The notes below the pieces were generated by a model. The model had not been told where the DNA came from. It was given only the letters and a program-made list of their open reading frames with translations, and ran no database searches. Shown here piece after piece: positions 8,740 to 17,156 of a stretch of 32,000 nt of DNA; position 1 is the stretch's first letter; every line of letters starts with the position of its first letter. A program made the translations under genes and the position numbers. The stretch comes from Nitratidesulfovibrio vulgaris str. Hildenborough (GTDB taxonomy: Bacteria > Desulfobacterota > Desulfovibrionia > Desulfovibrionales > Desulfovibrionaceae): positions 2,850,001 to 2,882,000 of the forward strand of contig NC_002937.3 in assembly GCF_000195755.1 (NCBI RefSeq), read 5' to 3'.

Positions 8740-10013
8740 GCGCTGGTCAGTTCCGTTCCGTTCAGGTGAAAGAGATGGATGGTGACGCCCACCCCCGGCC
8801 CGGCGAAGCGTTCGGCGTGCGCCTTGGCGCGTCGCGTCACCGCGTCGAGTGCGGTATGGCATGCGGCATCCGGGGTGATGATGTCGAGCGCCTGCCCGGC
8901 GGTGTTCGCCCCCGCAACAGCCTCGACGCGCGCCTCGTCTACACCCGCTTCGCGGCACCATTGCGCCAGCAGAGGCAGATCGAGGGGCGCAGTGCGTGCA
9001 TGCGTGTGCGGCAACCCCTGCGCGAGCTTCACCAACTTACCGAAAAAACAGCCCCATGCAAGCGCTTCGAACCCCCGTTCGGCCGCCGCCCCAAGCGCGA
9101 AGGCCACGAAGTCGGCCGCCTGCACGAACGCCTGTTCAGGCAGGTCGGGGTAGCGTCGCATGAGCAGCGTCTCGCTGCGCCTGCCCGTGGAAAGACAGGC
9201 GCGGCGGTGGCCAAGGGCACGCGCCACGGAGAGTTCCTGCGCGATGGCGGCCTTCCACGCCTCATGGCTGTAAGGACGCACCGTGCCCCGCGTGCCGAGG
9301 ATGGAGATGCCGCCCACGATGCCCAGACGACCGTTGAGAGTATGTCTTGCGATGGCTTCGCCTTCAGGCACACGAACAGTGACCCGTACACCGCCACCAT
9401 AGCCCTGCGCCGCGCAGACCTCGCGCACGGCGAACTCCAGCTGGGCGCGCGGGCCGGGATTGACGGCCACCTCGCCCACCGCCACCGGCAGTCCGGGCAG
9501 GGTGACGCGCCCCACGCCCGTGCCGCCCTCAAGCAGAAGCGTAGCCGTCGCATCGGGCAGCAGGCGAACATGGGTCTCGATGCGCGCCCCGTGGGTGGCA
9601 TCCGGGTCGTCCCCGCCATCCTTGATGACGACACCCGTGGCACCGTCACCTTCGGTCAGCACTTCCGCCACGGGCACACCGAGGCGTCCCGGCACGCCCA
9701 CGCCCTCCTGCGGCGGCAGCGGCACGGAGAGAACAGGCAGGAACGGCAGGCCGAACACGTGACGCAACGCGGCCACCGCCCCGGCGGTCATGGCCGTGCC
9801 AGTGGTGAACCCCTCGCGCAGGGCCGCGCGGTCGCGTCCGCGGGGAGGTTCCGTCGCGCCGTGCCCTTCGTCCGCAGGGACGGCATGGTCGGCGCGTGAC
9901 TCCATGCCCGCAACGGGCCGGGATACCCGCGCTGCGGGCCCTCCGGCATCGTCCGCCGGGGCCTTCTTTTGAGCGGAGCACGTCGCTCCGCTATCGGTCG
10001 TGTCGATAGACAT
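8736..10013 (-). CDS. cbiD: Cobalt-precorrin-5B (C1)-methyltransferase CbiD
   Basis: LREGFTTGTAMTAGAVAAL is the conserved CbiD N-terminal core, and the length and operon context with cobL/cobM fit. The start is uncertain: ATG 10013 gives a ~60-aa leader, and ATG 9905 (MESRADH...) is an alternative. An 8-bp hairpin (AGCGGAGC/GCTCCGCT, 9972-9992) lies between the two. Confidence 0.85.
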   Translation of the reverse strand: MSIDTTDSGATCSAQKKAPADDAGGPAARVSRPVAGMESRADHAVPADEGHGATEPPRGRDRAALREGFTTGTAMTAGAVAALRHVFGLPFLPVLSVPLPPQEGVGVPGRLGVPVAEVLTEGDGATGVVIKDGGDDPDATHGARIETHVRLLPDATATLLLEGGTGVGRVTLPGLPVAVGEVAVNPGPRAQLEFAVREVCAAQGYGGGVRVTVRVPEGEAIARHTLNGRLGIVGGISILGTRGTVRPYSHEAWKAAIAQELSVARALGHRRACLSTGRRSETLLMRRYPDLPEQAFVQAADFVAFALGAAAERGFEALAWGCFFGKLVKLAQGLPHTHARTAPLDLPLLAQWCREAGVDEARVEAVAGANTAGQALDIITPDAACHTALDAVTRRAKAHAERFAGPGVGVTIHLFHLNGTELTSA

Positions 10014-10074
10014 AGTGCAACATCATAAGAACAATCGATTTGACGGATGCGCCAGCATCGTAGACCACCGTACC

Positions 10075-10575
10075 ATGTCCGTTCAGACCACCGTCATCTC
10101 CCCGTCGCGACTGCGAGACTTCGCGCTGGCCCGCCCTGTGCTGTTCACAGTGCGTCTTGCGCTTGCAGCGGTCTATATCATCGCGGGGGCGACGAAGCTG
10201 TACGATGTGCGCGGTTTCGCTGAAATCGTCAACATGTACGGCATCGTCCCCATAGACCTGCTGCCCTTCGTGGCGCTGCTGCTACCGCTTGTCGAAGTCG
10301 TGGCCGGTGTGGCCCTGCTGGCAGGGCGGGATTGGGGGCTTGCGCTCGTCACGGCCCTGACGGTTCTATTCCTAGCCGTTCTCGGGTACGCCATCTGGTC
10401 GGGGCTGTCCATCGGCGACTGTGGCTGCTTCGCCCCAGGTGACATCCCGTCCGGACACGACGACGGGTCGGCACTGAAAGAGGCGTTCATCCGCGACCTG
10501 CTGCTTCTCGCCGGGTCGCTTCATCTGTATCTCGGTCGGCACACACGCGCCGCCCTGCACGTTCCACACCCCTGA
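10075..10575 (+). CDS. MauE/DoxX-family integral membrane protein with DCGCF motif
   Basis: About four hydrophobic helices (LFTVRLALAAVYIIAGATKLY, LLPFVALLLPLVEVVAGVALLAG, LALVTALTVLFLAVLGYAIW) and a GDCGCF motif, as in MauE-like proteins. ATG 10075 gives a typical ~166 aa. The track start at 10000 is a GTG abutting the cbiD start. Confidence 0.7.
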   Translation: MSVQTTVISPSRLRDFALARPVLFTVRLALAAVYIIAGATKLYDVRGFAEIVNMYGIVPIDLLPFVALLLPLVEVVAGVALLAGRDWGLALVTALTVLFLAVLGYAIWSGLSIGDCGCFAPGDIPSGHDDGSALKEAFIRDLLLLAGSLHLYLGRHTRAALHVPHP

Positions 10576-10585
10576 GGAGGACATC

Positions 10586-11107
10586 ATGAACCTGAAGAAA
10601 CTGCTCGCCCCACTGCTCATGCTCACCGCGCTGGGCCTCACCGCCTGCGACAATCCCTTTCAGGGCCTTTCCGAAAAGGATCTTGAAGCCAAGTCCGTCA
10701 AACTCGCGCGCGAGACCGTGAAGGGCGGCTACAAGCTGCTGACCGTGGACGAGACCAAGAAGATGATGGATGGAGACAAGACCGTCCTTGTCATCGACAC
10801 CATGCCCTATGAGGATTCGTACAAGAAGAACCACATCCCCGGTGCCGTGCAGTTCCTCTTCCCCATCCCCGACATGAACGACTGGAACATGGCCGAGACC
10901 GGCGACAAGAGCCAGCAGGACTTCGAGGCGCTTCTCGGCCCCGACAAGAACCGTCCTCTGGTCTTCTACTGCGGTTTCGTGAAGTGCACCCGCTCGCACA
11001 ACGGTGCGGTGTGGGCCCAGAAGCTGGGCTACACCAATGTCTACCGTATGCCCGGCGGCATCGTCGCGTGGAAGGAAGCCAAGTTCCCCGTCGACACCGT
11101 GAAGTAG
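10586..11107 (+). CDS. Rhodanese-domain lipoprotein (periplasmic sulfurtransferase-like)
   Basis: Lipoprotein signal MNLKKLLAPLLMLTALGLTAC (lipobox LTAC). Rhodanese pattern VLVIDTMPYEDSYKKNHIPGAV ... LVFYCGFVKCTRSHNGA ... VYRMPGGIVAW, with an active-site-loop Cys. GAGGAGG lies 5 nt upstream and overlaps the stop of the MauE-like gene. Confidence 0.8.
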   Translation: MNLKKLLAPLLMLTALGLTACDNPFQGLSEKDLEAKSVKLARETVKGGYKLLTVDETKKMMDGDKTVLVIDTMPYEDSYKKNHIPGAVQFLFPIPDMNDWNMAETGDKSQQDFEALLGPDKNRPLVFYCGFVKCTRSHNGAVWAQKLGYTNVYRMPGGIVAWKEAKFPVDTVK

Positions 11108-11115
11108 ACATCTTC

Positions 11116-11152
11116 GGGGCGACGGGTCGTGCCCGCCGCCCCTTTTCGCTTT
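11116..11152 (+). terminator. Rho-independent terminator after the MauE-rhodanese pair
   Basis: GGGGCGACGGG-tcgtg-CCCGCCGCCCC (11-bp stem, one mismatch) followed by TTTTCGCTTTC, 9 nt after the stop codon. Confidence 0.7.
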
Positions 11153-11492
11153 CTGGCATGCCGGGCGTGGCACCCCCCCGGCGTCTTCATGCCCCCGCCC
11201 GAGACCCACAAACGACATGACCGCCCCACGGCATGGACTCGAGATGGCACGCAACGGCACCATCACCGGCCCCCCTTCCGGGACAGCCCCGAACGACGCC
11301 ATTCCCTCCATGACACCGGACAAGCCAACGCCGCTGGTGCCCCTGACGCCGAGAAAAGGCGTTGCACCCCTGAAAGACATCATGCCTGAACGGCCGGACG
11401 CCATCGCGCCGGAAGCATCCCCGCACGAAAGCACCCGTAACGAATCGGGACACGACACCTTCGCCAGCACAGCCGCCCGATACAATGGCGGC

Positions 11493-12044
11493 ATGTCCGG
11501 CTTGCGTGATGTCGACACGCCCGACTTGTGCGACGCCGTGGCACAGCGGGCAGCCAACCTGTTCGCCACACGGCAGCATCTCTGTGCCGAGGCCGTGCTT
11601 CGCGCCCTCGCCGAGGGGCTGGGCGGGCCACTGTCTCCGGAACAGGCTGCCGCACTGGGCACGCCATTCTGTCAGGGCATGGGCGGCGCGGGCTGCACCT
11701 GCGGTGCGCTGTCCGGCGGTATCGCCGGGGTGGGGCTGTATCTGGGCAGACGATGCGACGGTGCCAGCGGCGCACCCGGCAGACGCCACGCCCGCGTTCT
11801 GCATGACGCCTTCAGGCGTGCCTTCGGGGCCACCTGTTGCAGGGTGCTCACGAAGAACCTCGACAAGGCCGCCCATTTCGCCCAGTGCCAGCATCTGACG
11901 CAGGAGGCTGCGCGCATGGCGGCACGGCTTCTTCTCGACGAAGGTGTGCGGCCCGTGAACGCGCAGGGACTGCCCCGCAGGCCGGACACGCGCCTCACAG
12001 CATGGCGACGCCGTTTCACGGCCCTGTTCCGCAGGCGCGCCTGA
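11493..12044 (+). CDS. C_GCAxxG_C_C-family putative redox-active protein
   Basis: Cys pattern LCAEAVL ... GAGCTCGALSGG ... TCCRVL ... AQCQHL matches the family signature as I remember it. ATG 11493 gives ~183 aa, typical for the family. The track start 11217 adds a Pro-rich 92-aa leader that may or may not be translated. Confidence 0.65.
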   Translation: MSGLRDVDTPDLCDAVAQRAANLFATRQHLCAEAVLRALAEGLGGPLSPEQAAALGTPFCQGMGGAGCTCGALSGGIAGVGLYLGRRCDGASGAPGRRHARVLHDAFRRAFGATCCRVLTKNLDKAAHFAQCQHLTQEAARMAARLLLDEGVRPVNAQGLPRRPDTRLTAWRRRFTALFRRRA

Positions 12045-12223
12045 CCTACAAGGTGCACACCCTGACCCGCATCTGGTGGCGGCTGCCCCACAACGCGACA
12101 ATGGGGGGGCCGCAATGAGCCGGCATCGGGGCACCAAAGGGCACCCCGCACCGGGACAGTCCCGAGGTCGCGCCACGCTGGCAATCACGCCAGCCCGCCC
12201 CGCCTGAACGTGCACAGTCAGCA

Positions 12224-12275
12224 CGATGGGGCCTCACGATGGGGCCTCAAGTCGGGGCCTCAAGTCGGGGCCTCG
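12224..12275. repeat. Four contiguous 13-bp tandem units (CGATGGGGCCTCA x2, AGTCGGGGCCTCA then AGTCGGGGCCTCG)
   Basis: Read directly. It lies in the convergent intergenic spacer just 3' of qor (stop 12310-12312) and is followed by a C8 tract at 12294-12301. Confidence 0.9.
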
Positions 12276-12309
12276 CGTCACCAACGCAGCCAGCCCCCCC
12301 CGGAACAGG

Positions 12310-13287
12310 CTACACGTCCAGCACCATCGTGCCCGTCGTACGGCGCGATTCGAGCGCGGTATGCGCCTCTGCCACCTGTGCAAGAGGCCACGACTGGTCG
12401 ATGTGCACGGAGACGACACCCCGCGCCACCACGTCGAAGAGGTCTGCGGCATGGGCGAGCAGGTCTTCACGGCGTTCGGTGTAATGCATGAGGCTGGGCC
12501 GCGTGAGGAACAGCGACCCGCGCGCCGCCAGCACGCCGGGGTCGAAGGGCGGCACCGCGCCGGACGACTGCCCGAACGAGACCATCGTGCCCATGGGACG
12601 CAGGCAATCGAGCGAATCCATGAACGTGGCCTGCCCCACGGAATCATAGACCACATCCACCCCGCGGCCGTCGGTCAGTTCACGTATCCGTGCCGCGACG
12701 CCGCCAGTACGGTAGTCGATGACGTGATGGCAGCCGGCAGCCAGCGCCTTTTCGCGCTTCTCCGGCGAACCCGCCGTGCCGATGACCGTGGCCCCGAGAT
12801 GACACGCCCACGGCACGAGCATCGACCCCACGCCCCCGGCAGCGGCATGCACAAGCAGGGTTGTCCCCTGCCTCACAGGGTAGCATCCGTGCAGCAGGTA
12901 ACGGGCGGTCATGCCCCGCAGCATCATGGCGGCTGCCATGCGGGTGGGAATGGCGTCAGGCAGGGGCACAAGCCGACGTGCCGGGATGCACCGTTCCTCC
13001 GCATACGCGCCGATGGGCCTTCCCGCATAGGCCACGCGCTGCCCGGGCTGCACCTCGGTGACGCCCTCACCCACGGCAAGCACGATGCCCGCGCCCTCCA
13101 TGCCCAGCACGGCGGGCAGGGCAGGCAGCGGGTACAACCCCGTCCGATGGTAGATGTCGATGAAGTTGACCCCCACGGCCTCGTGACGGATGAGGGCCTC
13201 ACCGGCACCGGGGCGACCGGGGTCGCGCTCTTCCCAGTGAAGGTTGTCGACGCCTCCGTGGGCGTGCAGGACGATGGCTTTTGACAT
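12310..13287 (-). CDS. qor: NADPH:quinone oxidoreductase (zeta-crystallin / MDR family)
   Basis: MSKAIVLHAHGGVDNLHWEERDPGRPGAGEALIRHEAVGVNFIDIYHRTGLYPLPALPAVLGMEGAGIV ... AAGGVGS is typical of the Qor family. Length 325 aa. Confidence 0.85.
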   Translation of the reverse strand: MSKAIVLHAHGGVDNLHWEERDPGRPGAGEALIRHEAVGVNFIDIYHRTGLYPLPALPAVLGMEGAGIVLAVGEGVTEVQPGQRVAYAGRPIGAYAEERCIPARRLVPLPDAIPTRMAAAMMLRGMTARYLLHGCYPVRQGTTLLVHAAAGGVGSMLVPWACHLGATVIGTAGSPEKREKALAAGCHHVIDYRTGGVAARIRELTDGRGVDVVYDSVGQATFMDSLDCLRPMGTMVSFGQSSGAVPPFDPGVLAARGSLFLTRPSLMHYTERREDLLAHAADLFDVVARGVVSVHIDQSWPLAQVAEAHTALESRRTTGTMVLDV

Positions 13288-13563
13288 GGTCGCCTCCTTG
13301 CGGGCTACGCACCCGTTACGCTGGATGATGGCGGGCGGGTACGGCTGGCATGGCTACCCCCCTGACAGGAAGCACCTTGCAACAGGACGCCCGCGCCGGA
13401 CGGCGCCCAGCCCGAAGCGGAGTGCCATCACCTTCAACCTTACCACGCAAGGGATGCAGGGCAAGAAGGCACCACGGGGTTCGATGGGCACCGCAGGCAT
13501 ACCGTCAAAAGCGGCACGACAGCGTGAAAGGCGGCACGGGCTGCGCGAAAGGCCCGTTCGACG

Positions 13564-14406
13564 CTACCCTTCAAGGAACAGGGGGGCGTCCGGCAGGGCG
13601 ACGCCCGCGACCTCTGCGGCCTTGGCGACCAGCGCAGACACGGCGGACTGCCCCTCCGGCCCGAGGTCCATGCTGAAATCGTTGACGAAGGTGCGGATAT
13701 GACTGTCGATGACCTCGTCGGCCAATTCCTGCGCATGGGCCTTGATATAGGGTCGTCCGTCGGCGGGATGCGAACGCGCATGGGCGAGGCTGCGCCGTAT
13801 GGCGTCCTCCACCGCCAGCGCAGTGGCGTCGTCGATGTCGCGGCGGATGGCGATGGCCCCGAGGGGCAACGGCATGCCCGTGGCCCCCTCCCACCAGCGG
13901 CCGAGGTCGAGGACGAGGTCGAGACCGAAGGCCGGATAGGTGAAGCGCCCCTCGTGGATGACCACGCCGCAGGGCACCTCCCCGGCGGCCACGGCGGGCA
14001 TGACCTCGTCGAAGACCATCTCCACACGGTCGCCCCTGAAGCCGCCATGCAGGCCAAGCAGCAGGTTGGCGGTGGTCATGGCGCCCGGAATGGCCACATC
14101 CGCATGGGTGAGGTCTTCCACCGACAGTCCGGGCCTTGCCACCAGCAACGGGCCGCATCCCCGGCCCAGCGCCCCTCCGGCACGAAGCAGCCGGTAACGC
14201 CCTGCGGCATGGGCCATGGCAGCGATGGAGAGTTTGGTCACATCCAGAGACCCCTCACGCGCCCGGCCGTTCAGCACCTCCACATCGGCCATGAACATCT
14301 CGAAACCGCAGGGCAGGGGAATGCGCCCGTTGGCGAGGGCCTCGAAGATGAAGGTGTCGTTGGGGCAGGGCGATATGCCCAGCGAGAAGGTGCGCATGGC
14401 GTTCAT
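13564..14406 (-). CDS. mqnD: 1,4-dihydroxy-6-naphthoate synthase (MqnD, futalosine pathway)
   Basis: MRTFSLGISPCPNDTFIFEAL is the MqnD N-terminal signature. ATG 14406 is preceded by AAGGAG with a 5-nt spacer. The track start 14487 lacks an SD. Confidence 0.8.
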   Translation of the reverse strand: MNAMRTFSLGISPCPNDTFIFEALANGRIPLPCGFEMFMADVEVLNGRAREGSLDVTKLSIAAMAHAAGRYRLLRAGGALGRGCGPLLVARPGLSVEDLTHADVAIPGAMTTANLLLGLHGGFRGDRVEMVFDEVMPAVAAGEVPCGVVIHEGRFTYPAFGLDLVLDLGRWWEGATGMPLPLGAIAIRRDIDDATALAVEDAIRRSLAHARSHPADGRPYIKAHAQELADEVIDSHIRTFVNDFSMDLGPEGQSAVSALVAKAAEVAGVALPDAPLFLEG

Positions 14407-14777
14407 GAAGACTCCTTGGGATACGGGCCGAAGCCCTCGGTCATTCTCATACATTGGGATGTGTTGTCCGGCACCAGCCCGGAACATGCTGCCGGGCTAC
14501 CCCGCAACAGGTCATCCGCGGGGGCCGTAGGGCTGTGACTCTCTCTTCAAGTAGCTTGCAGACCATTGCCCGCATGATGCGCCCCGCCCCCTGACGAGGT
14601 CAAGCGCACTCCCCGGATGGTGCGGGCACACCAGCGGCGGGCACGCCAGCTAAAGACGGGGACGCCCCTCGGCCCGGTCGCAGGACACACGCCGGGTGAA
14701 CGACGAATGCCGACGCAAGCTTGCCACAGCGCGACCATGGCGCGACCATGGCGTTGACCTCACCGTTGCCGCACAGG

Positions 14778-14806
14778 TTGACATGCCCGCCCCACGGGGC
14801 GAATAT
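14778..14806 (+). promoter_or_regulatory. Candidate sigma70-type promoter for mqnE-mqnC-mqnA (TTGACA - 17 nt - GAATAT)
   Basis: Perfect -35 hexamer at 14778-14783 and an AT-containing hexamer 17-18 nt downstream, about 45 nt upstream of the mqnE ATG. Pattern match only. Confidence 0.3.
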
Positions 14807-14852
14807 TCCAGCCCCGCGCCGGGTGCACTGCCCGGCCCTTCCCGGAGGACAC

Positions 14853-15971
14853 ATGCTCGATACGGACCACTACGCCCGCCTCGGACTGGGCGAGATACGC
14901 GACAAGGTCATGGCGGGCCACCGCCTGTCATACGACGACGGGCTTCGCCTGTTCGCCTGCCCAGACATCACCGCCATCGGCGCACTGGCGCACCATGTGC
15001 GCACACGCCTGCATGGCGACAGGACGTATTACGTCGTCAACAGGCAGGTCAACTACACCAACATCTGCGTCAACGGTTGCCTCTTCTGCGCCTTCCAGCG
15101 CGAACGCGGGCAGCAGGGGGCCTTTGCCCTCACCCCTGACGAGATGGTGGCCCGTGTCATGGACGACGGCGGCGTGCCCTTCAGCGAGGTGCACATCGTG
15201 GGCGGCTGCCACCCCGACCTGCCGCTGGAGTGGTTCGAGGATGTCATCCGCCGCATCCACGCAGCGCGCCCGTCCATCGTGGTGAAGGCGTTCACCGCTG
15301 TGGAAATCGCCCATTTCGCCAAACTCGCAGGCATCGACACCGAAGAGGTTCTGCGTCGCCTCAAGGCCGCTGGCCTCTCGCAACTGCCCGGTGGCGGGGC
15401 CGAGATATTCGCGCCCGATGTCCGGCAGCGCATCTGCCCCCGCAAGATAGACGCAGAAGCATGGCTGCGTGTGGCGGGCGAGGCGCACCGCCTCGGCATC
15501 GGCACCAACTGCACCATGCTCTTCGGGCACCTCGAAAGCGAGGCCGACAGGGTCGACCATCTGTGCCGTCTGCGTGCCCAGCAGGACGAGACGGGCGGCT
15601 TCACCTGCTTCATCCCCCTGCCCTTCCTCACCGAGAACAGCCTCCTCAAGCTTCCACCTGAACGCGTGGGGCAGCATGTGGGTCTCGACAGGCTGCGCAC
15701 CGTGGCGGTGAGCCGCCTGATGCTCGACAACATCGCGCACATCAAGGCCTACTGGGTGATGATGGGCGTCAAGCTGGCGCAGGTCGCGCTGCACTACGGC
15801 GCCAACGACCTCGACGGCACCATCGTCGAAGAGAAGATAGGCCACATGGCAGGTTCCGACGCGGTGCAGGCCATGACCATCGCCCAGCTTGAAGACATGA
15901 TACGCCGTTCCGGTTTCACGCCGGTGCGCCGCGACACCCACTTCAACCCCGTCGAGGAGGCTCGGGCATGA
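14853..15971 (+). CDS. mqnE: Aminofutalosine synthase (radical SAM, MqnE)
   Basis: Radical-SAM motif NYTNICVNGCLFCAF. EVHIVGGCHPDL, GGFTCFIPLPF, HIKAYWVMMG and GANDLDGTIVEEKIGHMAG match what I recall of MqnE rather than MqnC. GGAGGA lies just upstream of ATG 14853. Confidence 0.8.
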   Translation: MLDTDHYARLGLGEIRDKVMAGHRLSYDDGLRLFACPDITAIGALAHHVRTRLHGDRTYYVVNRQVNYTNICVNGCLFCAFQRERGQQGAFALTPDEMVARVMDDGGVPFSEVHIVGGCHPDLPLEWFEDVIRRIHAARPSIVVKAFTAVEIAHFAKLAGIDTEEVLRRLKAAGLSQLPGGGAEIFAPDVRQRICPRKIDAEAWLRVAGEAHRLGIGTNCTMLFGHLESEADRVDHLCRLRAQQDETGGFTCFIPLPFLTENSLLKLPPERVGQHVGLDRLRTVAVSRLMLDNIAHIKAYWVMMGVKLAQVALHYGANDLDGTIVEEKIGHMAGSDAVQAMTIAQLEDMIRRSGFTPVRRDTHFNPVEEARA

Positions 15972-17095
15972 GCCAGCACCCGGTAGCCGGAACCCAGTCA
16001 CCCTTCATGGAAGCCGACGCCGTGCGCACCATCGCCGCACACGTGCTTTCCGGCGGGCGCATCGACCGCGCCGGGGCCGAGACGCTCTACCATGAGGCAT
16101 CGCTGCACACCCTTGCCCATCTGGCCCACGCCGTGCGGCTGCGGCGTCACCCTGAACCGGTGGTGACCTATGTGGCCGACCGCAACATCAACTACTCCAA
16201 CATCTGCGTGTGCGCCTGCCGCTTCTGTGCCTTCTACCGCGCCCCCGGCGCGGAAGGCGGCTATGTGCTCTCCCGCGAGGAACTCGCCCGCAAGATAGAC
16301 GAGACGCTGGTCCTCGGCGGCACGCAGATACTGTTGCAGGGGGGCCATCACCCCGACCTGCCGCTGCACTTCTACGAGGACATGATAGGCTGGATACGCG
16401 CCACCTACCCCGCCATCCATATCCATGCCTTCTCGCCGCCCGAAATCGTCTTCTTTGCCGAGAAGGAGCACCTCACCATCGGCGAGGTCATCGAACGCCT
16501 CCGAGCTGCGGGGCTCGACTCCATCCCCGGCGGCGGTGCGGAGATACTGGTGGACGAGGTGCGCACGAAGGTCTCGCCCAACAAGTGCTCGGCCGAACTG
16601 TGGCTCGCCGTCATGGAAGAGGCGCACTATCAGGGGCTGCGCACCACGGCGACCATGATGTTCGGCCATGAGGAGACCCACGCCCACCGCCTCGACCACC
16701 TCTTCGCCGTGCGCGATGTGCAGGACCGTACCGGAGGCTTCACCGCCTTCATCCCGTGGACGTTCCAGCCCGCCAACACCGCCATCGACCGCGACCCCGA
16801 ACCCGCGCCCGCCTACCTTCGACTGCTGGCCCTCTCGCGCATCGTGCTCGACAACATCGACAACATCCAGGCCTCGTGGGTGACCATGGGCCCGCACGTG
16901 GCGCAGCTTGCGCTCTTCTACGGCGCCAACGACTTCGGTTCGCTGATGATAGAGGAGAACGTCGTGGCCGCAGCCGGTGTGAGCTTCAGCCTTTCGCGCG
17001 GCGAGATACACAAGATCATCCGGGCAGCGGGCTTCACCCCCGTGCAACGCACCATGGACTACACCCCCGTGGTGCCCCAACCCGTCGAAGCATAG
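15968..17095 (+). CDS. mqnC: Cyclic dehypoxanthinyl futalosine synthase (radical SAM, MqnC)
   Basis: DRNINYSNICVCACRFCAFY, GGTQILLQGGHHPDL, FTAFIPWTFQP, IQASWVTMG and FYGANDFGSLMIEENVVAAAG match the MqnC pattern as I recall it. ATGA overlap with the mqnE stop. Confidence 0.8.
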   Translation: MSQHPVAGTQSPFMEADAVRTIAAHVLSGGRIDRAGAETLYHEASLHTLAHLAHAVRLRRHPEPVVTYVADRNINYSNICVCACRFCAFYRAPGAEGGYVLSREELARKIDETLVLGGTQILLQGGHHPDLPLHFYEDMIGWIRATYPAIHIHAFSPPEIVFFAEKEHLTIGEVIERLRAAGLDSIPGGGAEILVDEVRTKVSPNKCSAELWLAVMEEAHYQGLRTTATMMFGHEETHAHRLDHLFAVRDVQDRTGGFTAFIPWTFQPANTAIDRDPEPAPAYLRLLALSRIVLDNIDNIQASWVTMGPHVAQLALFYGANDFGSLMIEENVVAAAGVSFSLSRGEIHKIIRAAGFTPVQRTMDYTPVVPQPVEA

Positions 17096-17156
17096 CACTC
17101 CGGGGGGCGAAGGCATGCGCCGCGCCCCCCGGCTGACACCCTGCGGAGAACGCACC

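Noticed and set aside
8740-8961. Upstream extension of the cobL ORF to the track start at 8961
   Set aside because: It would overlap cbiD by more than 220 nt and encodes MVPRSGCRRGARRGCCGG..., Arg-rich and unlike real protein. ATG 8737-8739 forms an ATGA junction with the cbiD stop, which is the usual operon arrangement.
12224-12275. CRISPR array
   Set aside because: The units are only 13 bp and directly contiguous with no spacers. There are no cas genes in the window.
13478-13485. GGTTCGAT, a tRNA T-loop-like string, in the qor-mqnD spacer
   Set aside because: The flanking bases cannot form a T-stem and no acceptor or anticodon arms can be drawn. Not a tRNA.
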